The notes: generated by a model from the letters alone, not told the origin. Positions 19,486 to 28,986 are shown, counted from the first letter of the stretch. The stretch is 64,000 bases of DNA from an uncultured Lachnospiraceae bacterium (GCA_902796425.1 CADBPC010000091.1:82-64081), one strand, 5' to 3'. Made by a program: numbers and translations.

Positions 19486-20568
19486 TCAGAACCGGAACGC
19501 GACCTTGAAATCTCCGTATTTTCCGGTAGCCCTGTCGAAGGCTTCCTTCCAGTCCTTCAGGTCGTAAATGCTGCTCACGACTCCGTCGGTCTTCAGCTTT
19601 CCGCTGTAAATATTCTCGATTACATACGGGAAGCAGTACGGCGAAAGGTGAGAGCCGAGAACATCGAGCTCCTTGCGGTCGCCGATGATGGACCAGTCGA
19701 GCGTTGTCGGCGCGCCGAATACACTGAACTCGACGAATCTGCCGAGCTTGCGGACCATCTGCATGCCCTGTGTAACGGATGACGGGTGTCCTGTCGCTTC
19801 GATATAGATATCGCAGCCGTATCCGTCCGTAATATCGCCGATCGCCTTTACGACGTCCATTTTCGACGGATTCCAGACAAGATCCGCACCGAATTCCTTT
19901 GCCTTTTCCAGGCGGCTGTCCATCATGTCGAGCACGATCAGGAGTTTGGGATTGCGCAGTCTTGCATATGTCACCATGCCAAGTCCCAGTGTTCCCGCGC
20001 CGGCAAGAACGACGACATCCTCCGAGCCGATCTGCGCTCTGTCCACGCAGTGCTTTGAGCAGCCGTAGGGCTCGATGCAGATTGCCTTTTCAAAGGCAAG
20101 ATCCTCGGGTACGCGGTGAATAACGGCATGCTTTGTCTGAATCCTCACATATTCCGCCATGCCTCCGCAGAAATCCTTAAAAAAGCCGTACATCTTGTGC
20201 GGCTGGCACATCCAGTACTTTCCGCTCTTGCAGAATCTGCACTCGCCGCAGGGAGCAATCTGGTCCACCGTTATCCTCTCACCGAGAGAATATCCCTGCA
20301 CATTGTCTCCCATATACACGATATGGCCGAGGAATTCATGCCCCGGGATAAACGGCGGCTCAACCCATGACGGCTGCACATCATCGCCCCAGAACATCGC
20401 GGCGCCGTGGCTGCATTTCAGGTCTCCCGCGCAGATACCGCACCCTTCTGTCTTGATCAGAATGTCATCCGGACCGCATACCGGCACCGGATACTCCTCC
20501 TCATACCGATAATCATCCTTGCTGTAGGCAACCAGTGCCCTCATCTTATCAGGTAAATATCCGCTCAT
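19486..20568 (-). CDS. Zinc-dependent medium-chain alcohol/polyol dehydrogenase
   Basis: 360 aa. Catalytic-zinc GHEFLGHIV, structural-zinc CGECRFCKSGKYWMC, Rossmann VVVLGAGTLGL. Confidence 0.85.
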   Translation of the reverse strand: MSGYLPDKMRALVAYSKDDYRYEEEYPVPVCGPDDILIKTEGCGICAGDLKCSHGAAMFWGDDVQPSWVEPPFIPGHEFLGHIVYMGDNVQGYSLGERITVDQIAPCGECRFCKSGKYWMCQPHKMYGFFKDFCGGMAEYVRIQTKHAVIHRVPEDLAFEKAICIEPYGCSKHCVDRAQIGSEDVVVLAGAGTLGLGMVTYARLRNPKLLIVLDMMDSRLEKAKEFGADLVWNPSKMDVVKAIGDITDGYGCDIYIEATGHPSSVTQGMQMVRKLGRFVEFSVFGAPTTLDWSIIGDRKELDVLGSHLSPYCFPYVIENIYSGKLKTDGVVSSIYDLKDWKEAFDRATGKYGDFKVAFRF

Positions 20569-20639
20569 AACCAGTCCTTTCTTAATATGTTGCTTTTACT
20601 GCATTTTTGCACACTGCCCGGTTATCGGGCGGCGGATAA

Positions 20640-21416
20640 TCAGAACGCTGTATACGCTCCGTCCACCACAAAATCCGAACCTGTCGCAAAGGAGCTGGCG
20701 TCACTTGCGAGGTAAACACAGATTCCCTGCAGCTCCTCCGGCCTGCCCATTCGTCCGAACGGCGACAGGGCGTTCCACTCCTCAATCAGGGGCTTAAGCT
20801 TCTCGGAGGTGGTAATCAGTTCCGTCCCGATATATCCGGGGCTGATGCAGTTGACACGGACTCCCTTTTTGGCCCATTCGACCGCAAGCGACTTCGTCAG
20901 CATGATTACGCCTGCCTTGGACGCGTTATATGCGCACTGCGGCTGCGGAACGTTCACGATATGCGCTGACATCGACGCTGTGTTGATAATGGATCCGCCG
21001 CCGTGCGAGAGCATATACCGGCCTGCCGCCACATCCGTGAGAAAAATTCCGTTGAGGTTGATGTCGATGACCTTCTTCCACTGCTCGTAGGTCATCTCCT
21101 CGGCCTTTGCGTTCAGAGCGATTCCGGCGTTGTTATGGCAGAATTCAATTCCCCCGAGTTCCTCCGCCACCTTGCTGACCATTGCTTCCACGTCCGCTTC
21201 ATCCGTGACATCGCAGCGGATGGCAATGACTTTTCTTCCGGTCGCTTCCGCGATCTCCTTCGCGGTCTTTTCGGCCTCTTCAATGTCGATATCGACAATC
21301 GCCACATCCGCTCCCGCTTCCGCAAACGCGGTGGCGGTCGCCTTACCGATTCCCCTGGCCCCGCCGGTGACGAACCCGCGCTTTCCGCTAAGGCTCATTC
21401 TTTCAAGAATTCCCAT
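20640..21416 (-). CDS. SDR family oxidoreductase
   Basis: ORF 20640-21458 trimmed to ATG 21416, which has a perfect AGGAGG upstream. TGGARGIGKA cofactor motif and YNASK catalytic motif. Confidence 0.9.
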   Translation of the reverse strand: MGILERMSLSGKRGFVTGGARGIGKATATAFAEAGADVAIVDIDIEEAEKTAKEIAEATGRKVIAIRCDVTDEADVEAMVSKVAEELGGIEFCHNNAGIALNAKAEEMTYEQWKKVIDINLNGIFLTDVAAGRYMLSHGGGSIINTASMSAHIVNVPQPQCAYNASKAGVIMLTKSLAVEWAKKGVRVNCISPGYIGTELITTSEKLKPLIEEWNALSPFGRMGRPEELQGICVYLASDASSFATGSDFVVDGAYTAF

Positions 21417-21513
21417 AATCTTCCTGCCTCCTTCTGTTTTTAAGCCGCAGTCACACACTGCGGCAGTTTATACGATAATTATAATCTGACGGAGGAATCC
21501 AGACCAGTATCTG

Positions 21514-22350
21514 TCATGCCTGATCTATTATATTTTCCCACTTTTTATTCAGGAACATCTGAATTCCGGACGCCAGGGTGAGAACAAATACGAAAGCCCC
21601 TGTAGTCCCGACCATCTGCTGCCGGAACGGACCCCTGCCGTCCCCGAAGGCAGATATCATTGCTGTCTCCAGTCCCTGGAGTGACAGCAGGGAATTGATG
21701 AAATTCAGCCTTTTGACCGCGCTGAGAAGCGGGCTTTTATGCTTTCTGTACCGGAAGAGGTTCACCGAGGAGCTGATAATATTGTAGAAAACCACCGCGG
21801 CAATTCCGTAAATAAGAAAGCTGTTATACTGATAGCTGTAGCCCTCTGCCCCCATCATGACCAGGATCCCCGCCAGCGGCATGCAAAGGAACAGTATCAA
21901 AACCGCAGTCCGTTTATATATTCTGATTTCTCCCTCCGGATCCGCCCTGTAATCTTTTTTGGCGGCATTCTTTAAAAGCCCGGTTTTTGCAATGCACAGG
22001 ATGAGGAAAAAAAGTCCCAGCAGCATCTGCCACATCGCGCCGGATCTCATGCCGGCGTACAGGTGAATACCGACATGGAACAAAGAGACCGCAAGGCCGG
22101 TATTCAGCCATACTTTTTCACGAAACCAGAACTCTGTGAACAGCTTGCTGAAGAAGGGGATTTTATACAGAAATGCCTTTACCCTCCGGACAGATCTCCC
22201 GGACAGCCATACATCCGCTGTCAGGGAGAGTGCGGAAAGAAAATAGAAAACATAGCCGGCTGCAGTTCCCGAAAGGTCTTTGAGAAAAACGAAAATCAGC
22301 CCGGCATAGGACAGGAGTGAAAACAGTAATATCAGCAGATAGAAGATCAT
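21514..22350 (-). CDS. Hypothetical polytopic membrane protein
   Basis: ORF 21514-22377 trimmed to ATG 22350, which forms an ATGA overlap with the ybaK-like stop (22347-22350). About 6-7 hydrophobic helices; no recognised family. Confidence 0.6.
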   Translation of the reverse strand: MIFYLLILLFSLLSYAGLIFVFLKDLSGTAAGYVFYFLSALSLTADVWLSGRSVRRVKAFLYKIPFFSKLFTEFWFREKVWLNTGLAVSLFHVGIHLYAGMRSGAMWQMLLGLFFLILCIAKTGLLKNAAKKDYRADPEGEIRIYKRTAVLILFLCMPLAGILVMMGAEGYSYQYNSFLIYGIAAVVFYNIISSSVNLFRYRKHKSPLLSAVKRLNFINSLLSLQGLETAMISAFGDGRGPFRQQMVGTTGAFVFVLTLASGIQMFLNKKWENIIDQA

Positions 22351-22820
22351 GACACAATCGGTGCTCCGACATCGCACCAGCCCTGAGCATCTACTGCCTG
22401 CTCCAGCTCGGCCGGCGACATACGGACAGAGGTAAATTCATTGCCGCCCGCGGGATGAATGATATCAAATCTTTTCATTGAGACATCGAGCCAGACCGGA
22501 ATATCCGAAGGCAGTCCGAACGGGCACACGCCTCCCGGAAGGAAGCCTGTAATCTCTTCAACCTGATCGCGCGGGATCATATGCGGCTTTGTGTGGAACT
22601 GCGCCTTGAACTTTGAACTGTTGACCTTCATGTCCCCGGCCATCACTACAATAACCGGCTTCTCATCCACCAGGAAGGACAGTGTCTTTGCGATCTCCGC
22701 CTCCGTGCAGCCGATCCGCATGGCGGCGTGCTCCACTGTATCTATGGTCTCCTCATGGATCACGATCCTGTCCGCGAATCCTTTATTTTCCAGATGTGCC
22801 AGAACCTTTGCGTCTACCAT
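22347..22820 (-). CDS. YbaK/EbsC-type aminoacyl-tRNA deacylase domain protein
   Basis: 157 aa. AKTLSFLVDEKPVIVVMAGDMKVNSSKF...GGVCPFGLP matches YbaK/ProX editing-domain blocks as I recall them. Confidence 0.75.
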   Translation of the reverse strand: MVDAKVLAHLENKGFADRIVIHEETIDTVEHAAMRIGCTEAEIAKTLSFLVDEKPVIVVMAGDMKVNSSKFKAQFHTKPHMIPRDQVEEITGFLPGGVCPFGLPSDIPVWLDVSMKRFDIIHPAGGNEFTSVRMSPAELEQAVDAQGWCDVGAPIVS

Positions 22821-22844
22821 TTCCGTCTGCTGCCTCCTGCCGGC

Positions 22845-23255
22845 TCATCCCACAATTTTCTTTGCAAACTCTGCTGCCGCCTTCAGATCGTCCTCATTCG
22901 GCCTGCCCTTATGAATGCCCTTGAACTCGCCGCGGCAGTGGAACTCTCTCTCATCCATCGGAATTCCGACTTTATCCGCTTCTGCCTTTACCTTTTTGTA
23001 GGTCGAATTCAGCATGGCAGCGGAGCCGAAGTTGACGATTTTCCCGACAAGATCCTTATCAAGGCCTTTCACAAACGCACGGACCTCCGGATCAATAGAG
23101 AACGCGTAATATGAGTTCCCTAGAAAAAGAACATCCACCTGCTCCGTTACCGGAGTGCTGATCGGAAGCGCCTCCGCTCCGACTGCTGCCGCGACTGCCT
23201 CCGCAAGACGCTTTGTATTGCCTGTTTTCGTATAATATCTGACTGCAGCTTTCAT
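22845..23255 (-). CDS. Flavodoxin family protein
   Basis: 136 aa. N-terminal YYTKTGNTKRLAEAV phosphate-binding loop typical of flavodoxin-like proteins. Confidence 0.75.
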   Translation of the reverse strand: MKAAVRYYTKTGNTKRLAEAVAAAVGAEALPISTPVTEQVDVLFLGNSYYAFSIDPEVRAFVKGLDKDLVGKIVNFGSAAMLNSTYKKVKAEADKVGIPMDEREFHCRGEFKGIHKGRPNEDDLKAAAEFAKKIVG

Positions 23256-23361
23256 TTTCTTTTACCTCCTGCAATTCCGTTCCATTAACCGCAATTATAC
23301 ATGCACATTGCAACAATTATACAACGGCGGATACCTGTAAACCAGAGGATGGTTCTCCCGC

Positions 23362-23740
23362 TCATCCCAGGCCTCTTACGCCATATTCTTCCGCACATTG
23401 ATTCAGCCTCCGGACAGCATCATCCTCCAGGTCTATGTATCCTGCGCAATTATAGTTTTCTGGAATGCATTTCGCCAAATTCCACTTTCATGCTCTTCTC
23501 CTGAAATCAAAAGAGCAGCGTCCGCGTCTTCTCTGTCACGGGCAAATCCCTTCTCACAGATCTCTGCAAGTTCATTCATGAGTGTTTCCTTATCCGTGAT
23601 CGTATGCTCCGTGTACTTTTTCAGGCCCCTGAGCTCAATGTACTCGTCAATCTGCTCCTCCGTGAAATTCAGCATCAGGACCTTCCCGTTTCCGGTACAG
23701 TGCATCGGCACTTGCCGCTTCCGGCTTCTTGGAATATAGT
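23362..23740 (-). pseudogene. IclR-family regulator remnant (effector domain only, N-terminally truncated and frameshifted)
   Basis: ORF 23433-23711 reads VPMHCTGNGKVLMLNF...TEHTITDKETLMNELAEICEKGFARD, the IclR C-terminal domain pattern. No HTH half; in-frame stop just upstream (about 23740). The expected tail (...LEDDAVRRLNQCAEEYGVRGLG*) continues in another frame to 23362. Confidence 0.5.
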
Positions 23741-23818
23741 GATGTCAGGTAAGCGCAGTTCGCGGCAGTACTCTGCCGGATGCACTCAATCCAAAAACAA
23801 CCAGGGAGAATCACAGAC

Positions 23819-24850
23819 ATGCCTCCGCGCGGACACAGTTCAGGATCACACTCAAGTCATTCACATTCGAGCAGCAGCCGCTCGCACAGCAGCCGCTCTT
23901 TTTCACGCCGATCAGGCAGTTCAAGCCGCTCAGGCAGCAGCCCGCACAGCAGATCGTCCCATTCATCGAGGTCATATACTGCTGCGAGCCGCACTCAGGC
24001 CAGGCCGAGGACGAACCAGCCCTCCGGCTACCGCGGCGCTTCGCCCGTAAGGCATTACGCGCGGCGGCACGACTATGTTTTCTATCCGGTCGGCTGGACA
24101 GACAGCGTTACCGGACGGGAATATAAAGAGGGATATTACGACGAGAACGGCCAGTACTATGAGGATGTTGCCTTCAAGACAGGCGACCAGTACGACAATG
24201 TGCTGTGCAGATGTGAATACTGCGGAAAACAGAGCAAGATGACCTGGAAGGAGAACATGACTCTTTCCTGTCCGGGGTGCGGCGCCCCTCTTACGATTGT
24301 CTCGGCTTTGGATGAAGAGGAGCCGCAGCAGCAGAAAGCCGCAGCAGGCTCCCTCTCCGCCTCCGCGATATCCGCTCTCGTCATATTTATAGTGGCAGTT
24401 GTCTTCATCATTGTCGTCGCCGCATCGATATTCAGCTTCAGTCACAGCAGCCGGCCTGACTACGTATACAGTATCGACGAAGAAGATCCCGGGTATGCGT
24501 CTGCTCCGGACAATACAGAGATCTTCGGCGACACGATCTATCTCGATAAAATCGATGACAGCACATATGTTATTTCCGAGGACGGAAATGAGAGCTACGA
24601 CCGGAAGCTGACCTGGGACTATGGCTATGACAGCTATTATGACCGGGACTCCGACTGCTACCTCTGGTACAATACAGATGTTGCCCCGAATCTCTGGCAG
24701 TACTGGTACGAGGGAATCTCCTCCGATTACGGGGACTACGGCTGGATGGAATACGAAGAGTCCGGCTGGTATATTGAAGAGAGTGACGGATATTGGGTAA
24801 GCCTCCCTGATTTCTATGACAAGAGCAGGCTTTGGCATATCGAAGAGTGA
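23819..24850 (+). CDS. Hypothetical single-pass membrane protein: Ser/Arg/His-rich N-terminus, zinc ribbon, acidic/aromatic C-terminal domain
   Basis: ORF 23780-24850 trimmed to ATG 23819 (GGGAGAA 8 nt upstream). MPPRGHSSGSHSSHSHSSSSRSHSSRSFSRRSGSSSRSGSS...; CEYCGK...CPGCGAPL; TM ISALVIFIVAVVFIIVVAASIF; D/E/Y/W-rich tail. Confidence 0.6.
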   Translation: MPPRGHSSGSHSSHSHSSSSRSHSSRSFSRRSGSSSRSGSSPHSRSSHSSRSYTAASRTQARPRTNQPSGYRGASPVRHYARRHDYVFYPVGWTDSVTGREYKEGYYDENGQYYEDVAFKTGDQYDNVLCRCEYCGKQSKMTWKENMTLSCPGCGAPLTIVSALDEEEPQQQKAAAGSLSASAISALVIFIVAVVFIIVVAASIFSFSHSSRPDYVYSIDEEDPGYASAPDNTEIFGDTIYLDKIDDSTYVISEDGNESYDRKLTWDYGYDSYYDRDSDCYLWYNTDVAPNLWQYWYEGISSDYGDYGWMEYEESGWYIEESDGYWVSLPDFYDKSRLWHIEE

Positions 24851-24852
24851 AT

Positions 24853-25950
24853 ATGATTAAGAAAAACCAGATTGTCAAAATCTATGGAACAGACTTTAAA
24901 GCGATCACCGTCGAGCTTCTTGAGAATACAGAACTCGAAAAGCTGATCGGCGACCGCAGCACAAGGATCGGTATTAAGCCGAACCTTGTCGTGCCCTCTC
25001 CCGCCGAATACGGCGGAACCACGCATCCCCAGGTAATTGCAGGCATCATCGAATATCTGCAGGAACATGGCTTTGAAAATATTATTATCGCGGAAGGCTC
25101 CTGGGTCGGAGACCGCACATCCGAGGCCTATGAGTACTGCGGATACCGGCAGCTCTGCGAGACCTACCATGTACCCTTTGTGGATACGCAGAAGGAAAAA
25201 TGGCACAGCATCGACTGCGCCGGCATGAAGCTGAGTGTCACCGACGTGACGGACAGAATTGACTTTCTGATCAATGTTCCTGTCCTGAAGGGACACTGCC
25301 AGACGAAGGTAACCTGCGCCTTAAAGAACCTGAAAGGCCTGCTGCCCAACAGCGAAAAGTCCCGCTTCCACAGGATGGGGCTCCATAAGCCGATCGCTCA
25401 CCTGCAGGCCGGCATTCACCAGGACTTTATCGTGATCGATCACATCTGCGGCGACCTTGATTTCGAAGAGGGCGGCAACCCCGTCGTGCGCAACTGCATC
25501 ATGGCTGCGCTCGACCCTGTCCTTACCGACAGCTACGCCTGCCATCTGATGCACTACACGCCGGACGACGTCCCTTATATCCGGATCGCCGAGAGCCTCG
25601 GCATCGGCACCACGGATCTTACCACGGCGCAGATCATCTCCCTTGGCGGCAAAGGAGAAGAAAAAGAGCTTCCCTTAGACCGCAGGATCCTGAATGTATC
25701 TTACGCCGTAGATGAAGTGGACTCCTGCAGCGCCTGCTACGCGAGCCTCATCGGCGCACTCCGCCGCCTGGATGAGGAGGGCATTTTAAGCCGCCTTGAG
25801 GACCAGATCAGCATCGGGCAGGGCTTCCGCGGGAAGACCGGGAAGCTCGGCATCGGCAACTGCACCGCAGGCTTTGAAACCTCCATCCGCGGCTGCCCTC
25901 CCGATGAAGACACCATCTATGAAAAGTTAAAGGACTATATCGGTGCATAA
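24853..25950 (+). CDS. DUF362 domain-containing protein
   Basis: ORF 24832-25950 trimmed to ATG 24853 (MIKKNQIVKIYG). IGIKPNLV...GGTTHPQVIAGIIEYL...IIIAEGSW matches the DUF362 pattern as I recall it. Confidence 0.7.
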   Translation: MIKKNQIVKIYGTDFKAITVELLENTELEKLIGDRSTRIGIKPNLVVPSPAEYGGTTHPQVIAGIIEYLQEHGFENIIIAEGSWVGDRTSEAYEYCGYRQLCETYHVPFVDTQKEKWHSIDCAGMKLSVTDVTDRIDFLINVPVLKGHCQTKVTCALKNLKGLLPNSEKSRFHRMGLHKPIAHLQAGIHQDFIVIDHICGDLDFEEGGNPVVRNCIMAALDPVLTDSYACHLMHYTPDDVPYIRIAESLGIGTTDLTTAQIISLGGKGEEKELPLDRRILNVSYAVDEVDSCSACYASLIGALRRLDEEGILSRLEDQISIGQGFRGKTGKLGIGNCTAGFETSIRGCPPDEDTIYEKLKDYIGA

Positions 25951-25975
25951 CCGATATAGTCCTCTCTTCTGTTTC
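25932..25975 (+). terminator. Rho-independent terminator overlapping the DUF362 stop codon
   Basis: Perfect 12-bp stem GGACTATATCGG (25932-25943) / CCGATATAGTCC (25951-25962); the loop TGCATAA contains the stop; then T-rich TCTCTTCTGTTTCTG. Confidence 0.65.
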
Positions 25976-26023
25976 TGCCTCCGGGGAGTCCCGGAAGAAT
26001 CCCGTAATTCTTCTCAGGCCTGA

Positions 26024-27139
26024 TCAGCTGCCCATGCTGCCGGCTACCTTCAGCATCTTCTGCGACACCCTGAGGGACACCTCCGCATAGTACAGCGCCT
26101 CGGCATCGGTCAGGTCCATCTCCCCGATCGCATCGCACTTTTGCGCAAACTCAGCATACTTACTCAGGAACTGCATATACTGCATCAGTGCGTTCACATC
26201 CGAACTGTCATAGCTTTCCATGAAGTATACATACTCATCCATAAATGCTTCATAGCTGTCCAGGAACTCCTTGATCTCGGGTCTTACTCCAGGTATGCCG
26301 CTGCCTGACACAGCCGCTTCCTGTTCATTAATTTCCTCCGCGGCCGGCTGCTGCACTTCTTCCTGCATTTCCGGTTCCACGGTCTGTGACTCGACAGTTT
26401 CAGCCTGTTCCGGTTCAGGCACTGCTTCCGGTTCCGGCGCGGTCACAGATTCCGCCACGGTTTCCGGTTCTGCCACAGTCTCCGGCTCAGGCGCCGCTAC
26501 AGGTTCCGGCGCGGGTTCCGGTTGTGCAGGTGTCGCCTGTTCCGCAGCCGCCACGACGCTTTCGGCCGGAGGTGTTACCGTCCTGGCATTTCTTGTCCGG
26601 CCGCTCCTGCCCGCGCTGGCAAGGCACGCAATGACGGCAATGATAATCGCGGCTCTTGCCAGTCCCCGTCCTTCCGTCAGATATCGTTTCGCCTTCCGGC
26701 CTCCGATAATCCCTGCTATCAGTCCGAGTAAAGACAGAAATCCGTTTCCGGAGAAGAGTCCGAGAACCGCGCTCACGATGCCTGCAAGTCCGAAGTAGGA
26801 CTTCTTCATTGATGCAGCACTTCTTCTCCATTCGGGGATGGAATCGGCAGCACTCTTTCCAAATGTGTCATCACTCTGTTCAGATGTATTCTCGAACTGT
26901 TCTAAAGCACCCTCAGAACTGTACTCTGTGCTGCCCTCGTCCGGGCTGCCGGAACGTATTTCTGCGTTTTCTGCCGCATTTTCCGATTCGTTTTCCACTC
27001 TGTTTCCGGCTGCATTTCCTGCTTCGAATTCTTCTGCAGACGCAGGCTCCTGCGCCTCCTGTCTCTTAATCTTATTTCCGCAGTTCGGACAGAATCTGAT
27101 CTTATCGTCGATCTCAGCTCCGCAATTATCACAAAACAT
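26024..27139 (-). CDS. Zinc-ribbon membrane protein with Pro/Glu-rich linker and helical C-terminal domain
   Basis: 371 aa. MFCDNCGAEIDDKIRFCPNCGNKI; two TM helices; EPAPEPVAAPEPETVAEPETVAESVTAPEPEAVPEPE linker. SD AAGGGGGG upstream. Confidence 0.7.
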   Translation of the reverse strand: MFCDNCGAEIDDKIRFCPNCGNKIKRQEAQEPASAEEFEAGNAAGNRVENESENAAENAEIRSGSPDEGSTEYSSEGALEQFENTSEQSDDTFGKSAADSIPEWRRSAASMKKSYFGLAGIVSAVLGLFSGNGFLSLLGLIAGIIGGRKAKRYLTEGRGLARAAIIIAVIACLASAGRSGRTRNARTVTPPAESVVAAAEQATPAQPEPAPEPVAAPEPETVAEPETVAESVTAPEPEAVPEPEQAETVESQTVEPEMQEEVQQPAAEEINEQEAAVSGSGIPGVRPEIKEFLDSYEAFMDEYVYFMESYDSSDVNALMQYMQFLSKYAEFAQKCDAIGEMDLTDAEALYYAEVSLRVSQKMLKVAGSMGS

Positions 27140-27177
27140 AAAAACCCCCCTTACACAATAGATTTCCGGCAGTGTCT

Positions 27178-28218
27178 TTACCGAAACAGTTTCCCGAATA
27201 AATCCTTACCGATTGCCATCGCCTTGTCTCTTCCCGACAGGCTCTCGGTATCCATCCCGGAAAGGATCCTCCTCTGGTTTTCAATCTTTCTTAACTGAAT
27301 CCTGGGTGAGAGCGTTGATCCGTACATGCTGTATCTGGCTCCCAGTGCCGTGATATATTCCGTATACGCCTCCGACAGGGCAATGACCTTTTCTTTGAGA
27401 TACGCGCTTGAGGCAATACTGTCGTCAGGCACGATTTCTCTGTACTCAATTGCCTCATTCGTGATTTCCGTGGTTCTTATCACGTATCCGCTGTCCATGG
27501 CTGCGATGTCCTGCTTTGCGCAGTGTTTGTCGAGCTGGCGCCGGACAGAGTCCAGATTGGTCTTCAGGCTCTTTGTCGCCTGCTGAATGTGAATTCTGGA
27601 GACGTCCAGAACCGCGCCGTAAATCTTCACTTCATCCTGGTCCTTTGTAACGCACCCTATCGCATTCTCCACATACGCTGCGATTTCCGAGGACCTGTCC
27701 CCTTCGATGTCATACCCGGCCGCAAGGATCTTTACGATCCAGGCATCAATATTGGCAGGATCCGATTCGAGTGCGCGGTCGGCATATCCCACTGCCTGGA
27801 CATACCTGCCCGCGCGAAGAGAGCTGCCCGCCAGTGAGAGAAGGTTTCCCGCATCCGGCCCGCTCACATTGATCTGCGTTCCGATCGTGACATTCGTTAT
27901 GTTGTAATTCTGGATCGCCTTTTCGACGATGTAAGGCATGCCGCAGTAGGAACAAACAGCAGCCTGCTGCCCCGAGTCCACCGTCAGGGCCGCCCCGCAG
28001 TTCGTACACTTGGCTGCCACCAGCCTCGCCCGGGCAGGCTCCATTTTCGGAGCACCTCCCGGCACATTTCCCGGCACACTTCCCAAGCCATTGTCCGCAG
28101 CACTTCCCGAGGCCATACCCGGAGACGCCATTTCCTGACTACCTGAAATCCGCGTGCCGCACCCGGTGCAGAACCTTGCGCCGTCTCTTAATTTTGCCCC
28201 GCAATTTGAACAGAACAT
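27178..28218 (-). CDS. Double zinc-ribbon protein with TPR-like helical domain
   Basis: 346 aa. MFCSNCGAKLRDGARFCTGCGTRI plus a second ribbon KCTNCGAALTV...CSYCGMPY; TPR-like LRAGRYVQAVGYADRALESDPANIDAW. SD AAGGAG 6 nt upstream. Confidence 0.7.
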   Translation of the reverse strand: MFCSNCGAKLRDGARFCTGCGTRISGSQEMASPGMASGSAADNGLGSVPGNVPGGAPKMEPARARLVAAKCTNCGAALTVDSGQQAAVCSYCGMPYIVEKAIQNYNITNVTIGTQINVSGPDAGNLLSLAGSSLRAGRYVQAVGYADRALESDPANIDAWIVKILAAGYDIEGDRSSEIAAYVENAIGCVTKDQDEVKIYGAVLDVSRIHIQQATKSLKTNLDSVRRQLDKHCAKQDIAAMDSGYVIRTTEITNEAIEYREIVPDDSIASSAYLKEKVIALSEAYTEYITALGARYSMYGSTLSPRIQLRKIENQRRILSGMDTESLSGRDKAMAIGKDLFGKLFR

Positions 28219-28244
28219 CTCTCACTCCTTTGTGACAGAACCAG

Positions 28245-28628
28245 TCATCCGAGCACATATTCCGAAATCATTCTTCCGATTTCACCGATATCGACTCTTC
28301 CCTTGAATTCGAAAACCGCCTCAAATCCGTTTGCAAACCGCAGGAACAGCTCCGAATCCGGAACCAGCTCCATAAATCCTGCCGTCTGGACCGAGAAGAA
28401 CTGGATCTTGGAATAGGGCAGAGATGTAAATGATCTTCTTTTTCCTGTAATTCCCTGTACGTCGATCGAAATGATCCTTTTATTTGTGAAGACAAGCTGA
28501 TCCCTTACCGTCCTGAATGCCATCATCAGACGCTCTCCTTTAACCAGCAGTCCGTCCACATCATTGTGGATCTGGCTGAGGTCGATCGGGATGAGATCCC
28601 ACGCACTGTTCTTGTTGAAATTAATCAT
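28245..28628 (-). CDS. Bacterial PH (YokE-like) domain protein
   Basis: ORF 28245-28667 trimmed to ATG 28628 (AAGGAG 6 nt upstream; overlaps the Mor-like gene by 8 nt). LLVKGERLMMAFRTVRDQLVFTNKRIISIDVQGITGKR... fits the bPH pattern as I recall it. Confidence 0.65.
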   Translation of the reverse strand: MINFNKNSAWDLIPIDLSQIHNDVDGLLVKGERLMMAFRTVRDQLVFTNKRIISIDVQGITGKRRSFTSLPYSKIQFFSVQTAGFMELVPDSELFLRFANGFEAVFEFKGRVDIGEIGRMISEYVLG

Positions 28629-28986
28629 TTTCCGCTCCTTTTGACTCGTGACCGCTGGTCTGTTCATGAATAATCTGCCTCACACGTCGTTCCGTGAGTC
28701 CGACATTGCGGGCAATTTCCGCCGGCTTCAGTACGCCTGCATTATTCCTGATATACTCGCGGATATAATCTCTGGAATACAGCTGCCGGGGAAAGGTAAT
28801 CGTGAGGCCGGAATAGTTTCTCCAGATCTTTATGACTGCCGCTTCTCCGATCAGCTCGGCCAGTTCCCTGTATGTTTCGCAGTAGTACCTGAAATGATCT
28901 GCCATATTCCTGTCGTCTCCTTCTGCCGCCAATTCTATTAAATCCGGCCGGAAATTATCATCTGTCATTGACACTGTAGTTTTCAT
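28621..28986 (-). CDS. Mor transcription activator family (CD3324-like) HTH protein
   Basis: 121 aa. ...AVIKIWRNYSGLTITFPRQLYSRDYIREYI...KPAEIARNVGLTERRVRQII matches the Mor/CD3324-type pattern I recall from Clostridia. No clear SD. Confidence 0.6.
   Translation of the reverse strand: MKTTVSMTDDNFRPDLIELAAEGDDRNMADHFRYYCETYRELAELIGEAAVIKIWRNYSGLTITFPRQLYSRDYIREYIRNNAGVLKPAEIARNVGLTERRVRQIIHEQTSGHESKGAEND

Noticed and set aside
23972-24838. 288-aa minus-strand ORF opposite the SR-rich zinc-ribbon membrane protein gene.
   Set aside because: The plus-strand frame has an SD, a CxxC...CxxC ribbon and a clean TM helix. The minus-strand product is Val/Ile/Pro/Gly-rich without structure. Kept only as a caveat in the corresponding finding.
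26380-26560. Reiterated TTCCGGTTC/GGTTCCGG-type nucleotide repeats that at first glance look like a tandem repeat or CRISPR-like array.
   Set aside because: They are in frame inside the 371-aa zinc-ribbon protein gene and encode a Pro/Glu/Ala/Val linker (EPAPEPVAAPEPETVAEPE...). The units are irregular and have no spacers.
28621-28986. The Mor-family gene as evidence for a prophage.
   Set aside because: No integrase, terminase, capsid, tail or lysis genes, and no att-like repeats, were recognised within 15 kb on either side. Stand-alone Mor/CD3324-type genes are common in Clostridia chromosomes.
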